A stretch of 64,000 bases of DNA from Paraspadella gotoi (lineage: Eukaryota > Animalia > Chaetognatha). The DNA is taken from NCBI GenBank assembly GCA_051294375.1, contig CM119264.1, positions 30,073,693 to 30,137,692 on the forward strand, read 5' to 3'. How positions within the stretch are numbered: the first letter of the stretch is position 1; each line of letters starts with the position of its first letter. The notes under the pieces are model-generated. The model was not told the origin of the DNA. It ran no database searches and saw only the letters and a list, made by a program, of their open reading frames with translations. Below, piece after piece: positions 1-20,878 of the stretch. The position numbers and the translations under genes were made by a program.

Positions 1-631
1 TTTTTAGCTTTTAACTTTTCTCATCGACATTCCGAGAAAAATGGAAGAAAATGTCTCAGTTCGTTTTGATAAAAAAAAAACGCATTAAAATTGTTTCCAA
101 GTCCCTCCCAAAGTTCTCTGTCATAAAAAATAGCAGATAATAAAAGTTACAAAGTACATTTGCAAACATTTCTTTTTTAAATTCGTTTGACTTATGAGGT
201 TAGTTAAACTTGTTTATTGATTTATTTTACGATTTTACTACTGACACGCATAAAAAAATTTAAAAATCAATGATGAACGATGTATTTCATTTAACAATAT
301 CCAATCTGATACAATTAAGAATTAGTTTTATCTCATGAAAAGGTGCGACTGACTTTATCCGATTTTAAGGAGATTGTGTGTGATTATTTCAACATTAGTT
401 CAAGGATTTATTACCTCGAGAAACATAGCGGGATTTATCAATCGCGGTTATCATTTGTGTAGATCTTGTCTTTATATTTTAAGTTACTTAAAGATTTTAT
501 ACAAACTAAATCACCCATAACTTATAAATAAAGAATATAAAAGAATGAGAAAGGATATTTTGGCATAAAAATATGATATACAAATATATTATAAGTCATA
601 AGTAATAAGTATATATAAGATAATTTAAATC

Positions 632-949
632 CAGGGGCGTGGAGAGGCGGGGAACAGGGGGGGCCCTGAGAAAAAAGAAAAAAAGAAGGAAAGAAAAGAA
701 GAAAAACCATATAACCGTATCTCTATGGCCGCTCATGGTTAAAAATAAGCGCTAAATCAAATTTAGACCCATCTCTCAGATTAGAGGAGAGGCGCAATGA
801 TTGTGATAAAAAAAAAAATCAGTAAAACTCCATTGCTAGGTTGCAAGTCCTGGAGCAATATTTAAGGCAAAAAGTCGGTAATCGAAAACTAAAATTATGG
901 AGCGGGGGGTGGGCAGTGGAGGGGCCCGCCATTTCTCTCGCCGCCCCTG
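632..949. mobile_element. Non-autonomous hAT-like MITE (~318 bp)
   Basis: Terminal inverted repeats CAGGGGCGTGGAGAG (632-646) and the reverse complement of the right end, CAGGGGCGGCGAGAG (935-949), match 13/15. The 8-bp flanks TTTAAATC / TTAAAATC match 7/8, consistent with a decayed 8-bp TSD typical of hAT elements. Subterminal GGGGCCC occurs at both ends. Confidence 0.65.
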
Positions 950-988
950 TTAAAATCTATTGTACCTCGAAGTGCAAATTATAAAACT

Positions 989-1049
989 TCAAAAATTAGG
1001 GTTAACTCTTTATTAAGACTCTTAATAAAGAGTTAACCCTAATTTTTGA
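989..1049. repeat. Perfect palindrome, 30-bp arms, 1-nt centre
   Basis: tcaaaaattagggttaactctttattaaga-c-tcttaataaagagttaaccctaatttttga, read directly. Confidence 0.95.
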
Positions 1050-2229
1050 GAGAAATGAGCTTTTTATGGTTTTAGAGTTTGGTTTATTACCTAAAGTTCG
1101 TCAGATTAAATTTTATTATCATCGTTTCAGAATCAGAGCAAGAACTAATTTTTTACCAGATTTAAAATCAAACTTTTTTAAAGTTATCTTAAAAAAAAAT
1201 ATTCCAATCGTTTTGCACTCTGAAGCTAATTTTTTTTTCATCAATAAAGCAGATAACACTCGGATACTAAAAGTTGAAGTATGAATACTTCGAAATTATC
1301 AATTTCAAACTTGAATTGCAAGTTTAATTTATAAAACGTAGTAAACAACTAAATATTCGAAAAAGATGATAACCGATAAAGCCGGCAGTTCTTCTTATAA
1401 AAGGTTAATTGGTTGGTTTGAATCAGCTGAGTGAATGTGGCACAACTGGCACATGTATGCAGACGCGGAGGAGAAGAGGGATCGACGGATCGCATCGGAT
1501 GAGACGGAGGATCGATCGCATGCAACGGGGGCTTCTCTTTGTTACCCACATTGGGGCCAACTCGTGCAACAATTTCAAATTTGGGTGATGTTATCACTCC
1601 TGAGTCATGTTCTTTTATAACACTCTGACATCAGTCAAAACGTTAGAGTAAGCCCTAAATTTGGTTATGGACCTACTAAATCACCGACTTATTGTTTAAA
1701 TAAAATAGTTAAACCCAAAATGAAAATGATCTCGCCGCCAGAATCTGAAATTCCAGTTTATACCTGCTAAAATATTTGTTTTCCTTACGTAATAACGCAC
1801 CTAAATTACAAGTACATTCACACGGATTTTAAACGGGAGTGAAAAGAGTTGTTATAACTTTTAACTGACTGACTATGATTGAGTCTTGTTAATTTTATTA
1901 GTTGGAAAATTCCCTGACATTTATAATTCTATATAATAAATAGATAATACTTTACATCATAACTGGTGTGCTTGCCTTGCAGGAGCTTTTTCAGCAACTT
2001 TTTCCCCTCCTTTTAGATATTTTAATTTTAAACATTTTAAAATTTAAAAAATCTATAAAAAAGCTAAATATTTCAATTTTTGTTAATTTATTAGTTAATA
2101 TAATGAAGCATAAAAGAACTTATTAATATATTTAAAGGTTTAGTAAGACATAAGCTTTTGCCAGATCATTGTCCTTTTATAATCTTTTTTAAATCTAAAA
2201 TTTTTAGTTTTTATAATTTTTAATTATTA

Positions 2230-2301
2230 AGTGAAAAGTTTTAATTAGATTTTACAACGATTATATTAAATCGTTGTAAAATCTAATTCAAACTTTTCAC
2301 T
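2230..2301. repeat. Near-perfect palindrome, ~33-bp arms
   Basis: agtgaaaagttttaattagattttacaacgatt ... aatcgttgtaaaatctaattcaaacttttcact, with one mismatch and a few-nt loop. Confidence 0.9.
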
Positions 2302-2912
2302 AAATACTCTAACGCAACGAAAAGAAAGACTAAAAACATAATTTTTAACTACAAAAATTATAAAATATTATTGTATTTGTGAAAAAGCTATTGACATTCT
2401 GATTGCTCAGGCACATACTCTAATGATTAGATTTATAAAATGAATTAAAATGTTTTTACATTTCATTATTTTTTATAAAAATATACCTTATAACAGTAAG
2501 GTCCTCTTCCACTGCAAGAATTTTTCTTTTTTGGAATTTGACGATGGCATCAATAAGCACATAAATACAGTAAGCAAGGTGGACTATTGAGAGATAAAAA
2601 CAATCAATAATTTTTTACCGGGTACAAAATCTGAAATCACTAATAATATAGCAACAGCATTTAATCTTTTCATTACACTTTCATTTGAAATCCCTATAAA
2701 CATATTTCTCTTAGCTTTGCCTCCACTTTGTCTAGCATATAACTTTTTATGAAGAATAAAGAGACTGCTTGATGTGCATCGATAAAATAAGTAACATTAC
2801 ACCAATTTATTTAACACCATAATTACGTGAAGTAAACAACGACAATAATTTTTAAGCGGGGTTCATTTTGAGCACGATTGAAATAAGAACAATTTAATTA
2901 AATCCAGACATA

Positions 2913-3476
2913 TCAAGCCATCCCTTTTCTTCTAGCGTAGGCCCCGAGACAGGCAAGAATTCCAGATATGCCAATTAATAATCCAAGCACCAAGGCCACA
3001 GCGTCTCCTCCGTCAAAAGCATTAGCTCCTTAAAAATCAAATAATAAAATTTCAAATTCCGTAAAATTTTATGGAATCTGTTTAGGAACCTATTTTAGGT
3101 CAAATGATAATAACTTTTTATCATGAATAAATAATGAGAAAAAAAGTAATTTGCTGCTAGTATTTGAGTCTAATTAATACTAATAAGCATTTAACTTTGT
3201 TTACTCAATACATCATAATGTCGAACCGCGGAAAGTAAAAATTCCATTAGTCAAATTGTTGAATAAATACACCGAATTAAAGGCACAAGATTAGTACTTG
3301 TGCTTTTAACAAATACTTATTAGTCAATGAATTAGAAGAGTAAGTTAAGTACTTTATTAAAGTTTTCGTTGGTTATAGCCTAAGTAAAATTTATGAATCT
3401 CTAAAGTTTTGTAACCTGGAGTTAGGAATATGACGGCCAGAAAAAACGAAATAACTGACGTCGCCACCGAATCCAT
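2913..3476 (-). CDS. SMIM30: Small integral membrane protein 30-like microprotein (58 aa, two coding exons)
   Basis: Exon 1 is 3476-3416 (ATG...CCA G|gttac) and exon 2 is 3028-2913 (tttaag|GA...TGA). They join in phase to give MDSVATSVISFFLAVIFLTPGANAFDGGDAVALVLGLLIGISGILACLGAYARRKGMA*. The signal peptide plus GDA-x-AL-x-LG...G-x-x-ACLG-x-YAR pattern matches human SMIM30 as I recall it (GDAIALLLG...GICACLGVYARKR). Confidence 0.85.
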
Positions 3477-5229
3477 GATGTAACAGCTCAAGAGTCAATA
3501 AGAACAATAAGTTCTTAGGCTTAGCAATAAATAATAATTTAAAACAGGAAAATCAAGGGCGACACCGAAAATTAGTCGTCACTTCCTAAGAAGCTAAATA
3601 TTTTTATTTCTTGTCAATAGATAATCCCTGAAAGATAAGATTAGGTTTAGAAAAAAAAAAAGCATACAGTCAAAGGTGCGCATATTAAAGCAATCCTAAA
3701 GTTGTTCTTGTGGTGAGAATTTTAAAAATATTATCATTATGATAAAGTGGACATAATACATAATACTTGACCGAGGCACAATTTATTTTACAATTACTGC
3801 TGTATCACTATGATTATGTTTATGAAGATTCTTGAATTGAATTAAAAATAATAATATGTTCACCGTCTTCAACAGCAATGGAGCTTATTTTTATTTTAAA
3901 ACGTCTCAAAATTTGCCGTCTTACAAGGCACAAAATCATTAAAATTTATTTGGAGGCAGAACAGAGCTGTCAGTTGTCAGATAAATTGGTGTCACTCCAA
4001 TTAACGCTAGATCAATTGAAAAAATCAAGAACCCCCCTAAAGATTTTATCCATTTTGGTGACCCGTCCGCAACTACTGGCAATAACTTAAAGGAGCTCGC
4101 TCGCAGACAGAACTATCAGGATTAAGTTTTTAAGTAATAAGGAATATGATTAGTGGATTAAAACTGTGGAGTCCAACGAGTTTCGATGAAACATTTCAAG
4201 AAAATAGTCAATTCGGAGAATGGGCGGACGAGTACCAGTCGATGTCCACAGGGAGTGAGATAGAAAAAAAGGGCGCAGCCGGGCTGTATTTGAACCGTTG
4301 GTCGTCAAACTGTTAAAACTAAGGATAGGGAAGTAAGTCGTAAAGTCAGTTTAATTTACTCCATTGTCTTTCTGAATTGAGTAAGTACTAAGTCTAAGGT
4401 TAGGAATATTGCCAGTTGCCCACAAGAAAACCGGTTTTCAAAGTTTCGTTGTTTCGTTCAGATGTCACTACAAACAAAGCAAGTGATAGAGTTTTCAAAC
4501 AAAAAGATTGATTAAACCAAAACTTATCTGCATTTGGTTTATTATATTTAATATAAATTTCATTGATAACCTTCAAACGGTTTGTAAAGATAATACAACT
4601 TTAATAAGTTATGATTCTGATGAAAAATCCCCCTTCTTCCCATACATAGCATCAACTGAGGACCGTTATTCGATAAAGTAACAATTAATTAATTATTTAA
4701 TTTATTCATAACATTGGATTAAGCAGACAATAAAAGTCGATATCCGAATCGCGATTCCCAACTTCGTCGATTTTAACCTTTTCATAACTTTAACTGAGTT
4801 TAATTTTGAATTCTTTTTATTTCCTTCAAACGGTTACATGAATAAACTGAATAGTTGGATGAATTTTAAACAAGTTTGAGCAAACAATGCCGGATCTGCC
4901 CACGATCATTAGCGGTAAGCAGCTGATCAGATAAATAATTAATATTAATAATATTATTTTTTTTTATTCGCGTTAAAATCGTTTCCCACTTTTTTCGCTT
5001 CTCAATCACCAAACAATCTCGATCACAAAATTAATCAATTAAGAAAAAAATAATAATTAATTACTAATTTATTAATAATTAATGCATCAATTAGTAAAAT
5101 ATATTTTTACGGGCCGTATTGAATAATAAGTGGTCGTCAAGACTTTACATATTTTCCATTTTAACTCATTTCCACTTGTATGATTCCATCGAAACTTGAT
5201 TTCCTGCTCAATCACACAATTTCCTACCC

Positions 5230-5425
5230 ACGTATAAAATTTTAATCAATCGCCTCATCTACTCATGAGTAATTGGCGTTCAGAGCTGAGAGGAGGACGG
5301 ACAGACGGACGGACGGACATCAATATTTTTGAAAGTGATTTACCAACAAATTTTTGGGGTGGGACCGACGGATCGATAAAGTGGATTATACTTATACTTA
5401 TAGAGCCGGAATCTTTTAAACGAGA
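5230..5425 (+). mobile_element. Possible Helitron/Helentron-derived (DINE-1/HINE-like) fragment
   Basis: A GACGGACAGACGGACGGACGGACAT microsatellite core at ~5297-5320 is followed by ATACTTATAGAGCCGGAATCTTTT. This layout resembles DINE-1/HINE elements. A near copy of the latter motif lies at ~23649-23669. Confidence 0.4.
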
Positions 5426-5760
5426 GACTGACGAATAAAAAAATTCTTCATTGTTGCCATTGATTAGGAGTAATTAATTCCATTTTCCGTGATGTTCGTT
5501 TCCAGTTAATAGTTCTACTCAGAACCAATGCGTCTTGAAAAACTAAGATAAATCGAAAAATTCATTTATTTATCCGGTAAGTATAAATCAATGATAAAAT
5601 ATGGCGATTTAGTTACTTTAAAAATTATAGATATACGTATTTATTTTCAATAGAATTAGAAAGGTTTTGTGTAAGTATCAAAGATGTTCAGATGTTCTTG
5701 CTATCATATCTAAGTAAAAAAAAAAAAGAAAATCAAAAAATATTGATTCAAAAACAAAAT

Positions 5761-6086
5761 TTTAATCTTTATTTCCATATTTTTATTTTTAAATGTTGAC
5801 CAATTACCATACAATCGCTTAACTTTCAATTCACCGAATGCATAATAATGTTGTTTCTCGTTTTTATTTCAGAAAAAAAATATCTAGGTATTGTAAAATT
5901 TAGGTTATAAAGATAATTGTATCAAATTTTTCTCTTTAATTTATAAATAGTTAAACTTATAGTAAAAAATAAATTTTTTTTCTGAAATAAAAACGAGAAA
6001 CAACAATATTATGCATTCGGTGAATTGTAAGTTAAGCGATTGTATGGTCAACATTTAAAAATAAAAATATGGAAATAATGATTAAA
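5761..6086. repeat. Long inverted repeat (~110-120-bp arms, ~95-bp AT-rich spacer); fold-back/MITE-like
   Basis: 5761-5880 (tttaatctttatttccatat...ttcaccgaatgcataat...tttcagaaaaaaaa) is the reverse complement of ~5974-6086, with a few mismatches/indels. Confidence 0.9.
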
Positions 6087-6088
6087 GT

Positions 6089-6194
6089 AAAAGAGCATCT
6101 GAGTTTTCTGTAAAACTCATTTTATTTTTTACTTTAAAAAAAGGATTAGAGTAAAAAATAAAATGAGTTTTACAGAAAACTCAGATGCTCTTTT
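6089..6194. repeat. Inverted repeat (~44-bp arms, short spacer)
   Basis: aaaagagcatctgagttttctgtaaaactcattttattttttact ... agtaaaaaataaaatgagttttacagaaaactcagatgctctttt. It abuts the preceding inverted repeat. Confidence 0.9.
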
Positions 6195-6389
6195 TAAATT
6201 TTTTTTAAATTAATAAAAATAAAAATATATATTTAAAATGGAACTAGTAGAGCCACCACAAGTGTCCACTATTAGCGGCCACGTAATTTCGTCAACTTTT
6301 TCCTCACGTTCAGTTATTCTTTTTCTGTTATTTAATTAATATTAAGAAATGTTATATATTTTTTTATTAAATTTAATTATTATCAGAAG

Positions 6390-9019
6390 ATGGAACGAAT
6401 GATGCCGGAACGGCAGAGCAAGCGTCTCTTCGTGGGCGGCTTGACCAACTTGGTGGATAAGAACATGTTGGCGCGATACTTCGGCCAATTCGGGTCCGTT
6501 CTCGACTCAGTCGTTCTCAGCGACCGGGTGACGGGAGTCAGTCGAGGATTTGGGTGAGCAAATGTCAATTCATTGTTCCTGCCATGAGTCAGTACGTGCG
6601 ACAGATGGACCTCCGGGTGCCTTTCGATTGATTTTTTGAATGTAAAAAATTTTCAATTATCTAGTCTGTGTCATGTCAATCCGCCGGCATCACCCACAAC
6701 ATTTTCCCTCTAACATATTCTAAGCATCTTTGTTGATATATTGTCATATATATATATTTGTCAAAAATAGTACCGATATGTGTTCATCCAAGTTAAATGA
6801 ACACATTGTGCAGTGTGTAGGTTATTAATTATATTTATTTACTAGGTAAATTAAATAAGATTTTGAGTAAGAATCGGCGTCATTCACTGATCTTCGTAGA
6901 TTCGTCACATTCTCGGAAGTAGCGGAAATCGAACTGGCTCTTCAGACGGGACCCCACGTCATCGCCGAGCGGCGAGTCGACGTCAAACGGGCGCTACCGC
7001 GAAGCAGCAGTTACACCAACGTGAGTCTCGTCGGCGCCCGCGACAAAGTCCCCACGAAGATCTTCATCGGCGGAATCCCACAGCATCTCGCCGTCGAAGA
7101 CATTCAGGAATATTTTGAGACGTTCGGCCCAGTCAAGAACGCCACGCTTTTACCGGGAAAGGTGATATTGTCTTTTTAGTATTATTTTTAAATACTTTCA
7201 TGTTTCGAAGACACCTTGGCGATTGGGAGAGTCTTTCTTTGAAGGATCAAGATTCGCCCTACGGGAGAACTGACCCGCCGCTTCGTCATCGAGGCTTCGG
7301 CTTCATAGTCTTTTTCGACGAAGAAGTTGCGGCGAAAGTCATCGCTCTTCGGTATCACAGCGTCAAAGGTGTTCAGGTGATCGTCAACGGTGGCCGTGAA
7401 CTGTGAAGACTTTAGGATTAATAGCATATATAAACTATTTAAATGTAGAATTTTTATGTGTTTCCGTCGTATGTTCAAGCGAAACCAAACGTATAAATCC
7501 TAGATTAACAAAAACTTGTTCAATATTAGATCGAAGCAAAGACGGCGCTTCATCCCTTCGGACAAACCACTTCCCCGAGCGCCTCTTCGCCGGGAAAGAC
7601 GCGGTTGCCGCCGGGCGTGGCCATCCCCGACGCCAAGTTGAAGAGCGCTCCTTACAGCTTTTCTTCCCCCGGAGGAAATTATTCTGGTTCCGGGGCCAAC
7701 CTTTTCCATCACCCGTCTTCGGCCTCCGTCCCTCTTTCCACTTATATTCCCGTAGGTTCCGTTTATCCTTCGCATTCGACTCCGGACAATTCCTACGCTT
7801 ATGATCAACATCTGCGACACTTTCAATATTACTCGGGAGGATTGGATTCCCGATGGGTCAGAATGAACACGAAACATTAGTAATCCTTATTTCCTTATTA
7901 CAAATCTTTATCTGTTACAAGACTTCTTTTCAATCAGACTACCGATCATTATCAGCAACAGTATGGAACAGCGAACGTGATGGGCGCGTCCTGCTTCCCG
8001 ACGACGCCGACGACTCCCGGAATGTCGACGACGCCAACGATGCAGCCGATGCCGCTCACGACGGGAATTCAAGCGCCGTTCATCACGCCTCCCGTCACTC
8101 CTCCTACGGATGGCGCAAGTTAGATTACTGTAGTAAAACTAAAAGAAAATTGATGGGGAGTTTCCTTTCATCCCCAATGGGGATAAAAAATCTTCTTCAG
8201 GGAATTGACTTTTATCTAATTCTCTTCATATTTAAGGGCTTTCTGAGGATATTAATATTGCTAATATTTTAATAAATACTTTGTTTAAAAATGTGCTAAA
8301 AGTAAAAAAAAAAAGAATTTAAAAACAGTGAGTTGGAAAATGAAACACGATTTGATAAGCCAACTTTCTCCACTCATTGTCAAGGCATATCTTAACTGAT
8401 CAATATAAAATTTTAACATATAAAAAGTTTTAGTATTTTCTACTCAACTAAATTTTAAAATCAATGAAATAACCACTGGTTTGAAAATGACAGCGTATTT
8501 CTACCGGCCCTTGTAAAATGTCACCATGTAATACTGGAACATAAAACTGCAAAGATAAAACTTATTTAATCTAAATTAAATTAAAAACTTTAAAAGCGAC
8601 AAATTCGTTTAAATTTGACAGACGTTCCGACGAATCCCCCACAAACTCGAGCTCTTACGGACCCGGGCGTTGCCTGGCCTTATTGTCCCAACACCCCTTT
8701 CGCGGGTTCCGTCTCCCTCGGGGTCAACGCCCAGTTTTACTACACGCCGCCGCCACCGATGGTCCCGTCCGCCTATTCGGCTTCGACGATACCCGGCTAT
8801 GCCTATCCAACCTATCCAGTTTATTCTCAAATTCCTCTGCAGCATCAGCAGCAACAATTGCAGCAATCTCACGACACCCCGCCCCCCGGCGACTCATCTT
8901 GCGGCAACCCGAAATGCCCGCCACGCGACTCGTGTTCGGCGGAGGAGAGATTGGCGTCGCCGGCGGCGGCGGTCCACGCCGCCAAGAAGACGAGACTCGA
9001 TTTGGAAGCCGAAAATTGA
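6390..9019 (+). CDS. Two-RRM RNA-binding protein, Musashi/DAZAP1/hnRNP A/B/D family, with low-complexity Pro/Tyr/Gln C-terminus
   Basis: Exons ~6390-6553, 6900-7161, 7245-7376, 7530-7856, 7938-8118 and 8622-9019 join in frame with GT-AG introns. RRM1 has RLFVGGL...SRGFGFVTF...VDVKRALPR and RRM2 has KIFIGGI...HRGFGFIVF...IEAKTA. Confidence 0.85.
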
Positions 9020-9686
9020 CTTGGATTTATTTTGCATCAAAAGTCGAGAGACTCGTTCTCAATCTTTATTAACAATTTTGTCAAACTTAACATAAAATAC
9101 TTTGTTTTCAATTCATTATTATTATTACGGTAACGATCGATGAAATGCGTATTTTAAACCCGCTCGAGATTTGCAATAGAATTTTTGCAATGAGATTGTT
9201 TTTTCCTCCCCGCATTTTTTCCGCTGATGTATAAAAAATGAACTTTCTTGCTCTTTTGTTGCTTTCTATTTTGCAAAGAAAAAGCCATTTAGTTTGGTCA
9301 TTTAAAATGTAGTTTTTTTGCCAGCATTTATAGGTATTAAAATCTGAGGAGAAACTAACACTTAAATATACTGTAGTACTGATTTGTATTGCGTGACACA
9401 AGCCCGACCGCTCGTTAAATATTCTACTAACTCTCTCTCTCTCTCGCTTTCCGACTTGAAGATATCTGCCCGCAGATTCGCTCATCCATCCTGGCCGATT
9501 TCTATCACCACTTCCCTCCCCCCTCATCCCATCCTCTTTCGACTCCCACTTAAAGAGAGGATGAATCTGGCTTCAGCGACCAACTATCCACCGGCTCTGC
9601 CGCTGCCGCTGCCGCCGCCGACTTCGCCGACTTCGCCGACTTCGATCCTCGGAAAACTTCGTCGGAGAGAATCTTCATCATCAGGC

Positions 9687-9920
9687 TGACGTCATGCCGA
9701 AGCCGTGGAGTCGCTTTCCCCTCTTTCCGCGAGAGGCCGCTCAGAAGCCGACCGTTTCCTTCCGTCTCGTCATTGGTCCGATCGGGGAAAAACTCGATCC
9801 TGATTGGTCGGCGGGACTAGCGGTTTGCGCCTTCGCGACGGCCACACAATGGTTTCGAGGTGAGAAGAGGACCTAAGGGAAGCCGAGCTTCGTCCATTGC
9901 GAAACGCAATGACGTCGTTG
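9687..9920 (+). promoter_or_regulatory. Putative HIPK promoter: CRE palindrome and paired CCAAT boxes
   Basis: TGACGTCA at 9687-9694; ATTGG (reverse CCAAT) at 9772 and 9803, 31 bp apart; TGACGTCG at ~9910. These lie upstream of a gtgag donor at ~9985 and of putative untranslated exons. Confidence 0.4.
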
Positions 9921-11042
9921 ATGCTTTAGTTGGAAAAAGACGAAGAGAAGTCGTGAATATCGTGGAGACTCGCATTTCTGGACGGTGAGACGCGATCCAA
10001 GCCATACTTTCTAATATTTCTAATATTTCCTCCCTTTTTCTGCGAAAAATCCTCGCGCTGGCGGAAGGCATCGATGATCGAATCCCCTTCTTTCCTCATC
10101 TCCACATTCATTGTTCAGCAATGGCGCGAGCGACGACCTAATGTCTCTTTTCTGTTTAGGATTGCGTCGCGATCCCGCGGCACATTACAGATGATCATGG
10201 TGTCCTGAAGGATAACTCCCGTACCAGGTATTGCTTCATTTGCTGAAGTAATTGCTCTTTCTTGTGTTATGATTGTATAAGATTGCATTTTTTTTTCCTG
10301 ATGATTGATTTGGTATGTCGTTAACTCGCTCCCGCAATTTTTTTTTTCAAACAATGCGATTGGTGCTTTGAATATATATGAAAAGGGAATTTAATTAATA
10401 TGTTTAAGATAAAATATGTATAAACTAATGTCTCTCCTTTTCTCTTCCCACATCAAGACGAAACGAACTCTGGATCGCGCCGTCAGCGACGAAGCCTCTT
10501 TTCCCCCATTTTCCTTCTTTGTAAATAATCCTTTGTCCCCCGGAAATTTTTTGGTTTCTGCAATTGTAAATAGTTGAGTTCCTTTCTTTCCTTTGTCTCG
10601 CAACAACGACAACAACAAAAAATAGAAAAATGTTTTCTTCTTCGCTTCGTCGTCGTCCAAAGGAAAAATGAAACCGGCGACAATAAACATCGTTTGTGTC
10701 CAAACTTGCCCTCGAAGCTGAAGAATCGTCGCCGACCTCGAAACGCTACAAAATCAAACGATATTACTAAAAAAATAATAAAATAAAAAACGCGGCAAAA
10801 TTATATTTTCTCTCGATACATCGGATCGAATTTAATTTTCGGCCCCAACCGTCAGATCCCGAATGAGTTCAAACTCAAATTTTGCGGACAAAAAGGTTGA
10901 TTTTTCTTATAAAACGACGCGAATTTTTTTGTGGCGAATATTTGTCAAATTTGAAGTGAAAATTTTTTAGGCTGGTCTCTCGCCGGCCGCCCGCCTTGGT
11001 CCCGCCCACAAGGGTGGAGACTCGTTCTGACCCATTCCGAAG

Positions 11043-20878
<9,836 letters not shown>

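Noticed and set aside
4147-4317. 56-aa + strand ORF followed by a gtaag donor
   Set aside because: No recognisable similarity. It could be untranslated leader sequence, and I cannot support it as a gene.
9384-9689. Pro/Ser-rich ORF between the RRM gene and HIPK
   Set aside because: It is built on short GCC/CCGACTTCG repeats in a putative promoter region, with no recognisable family or supported splice partner.
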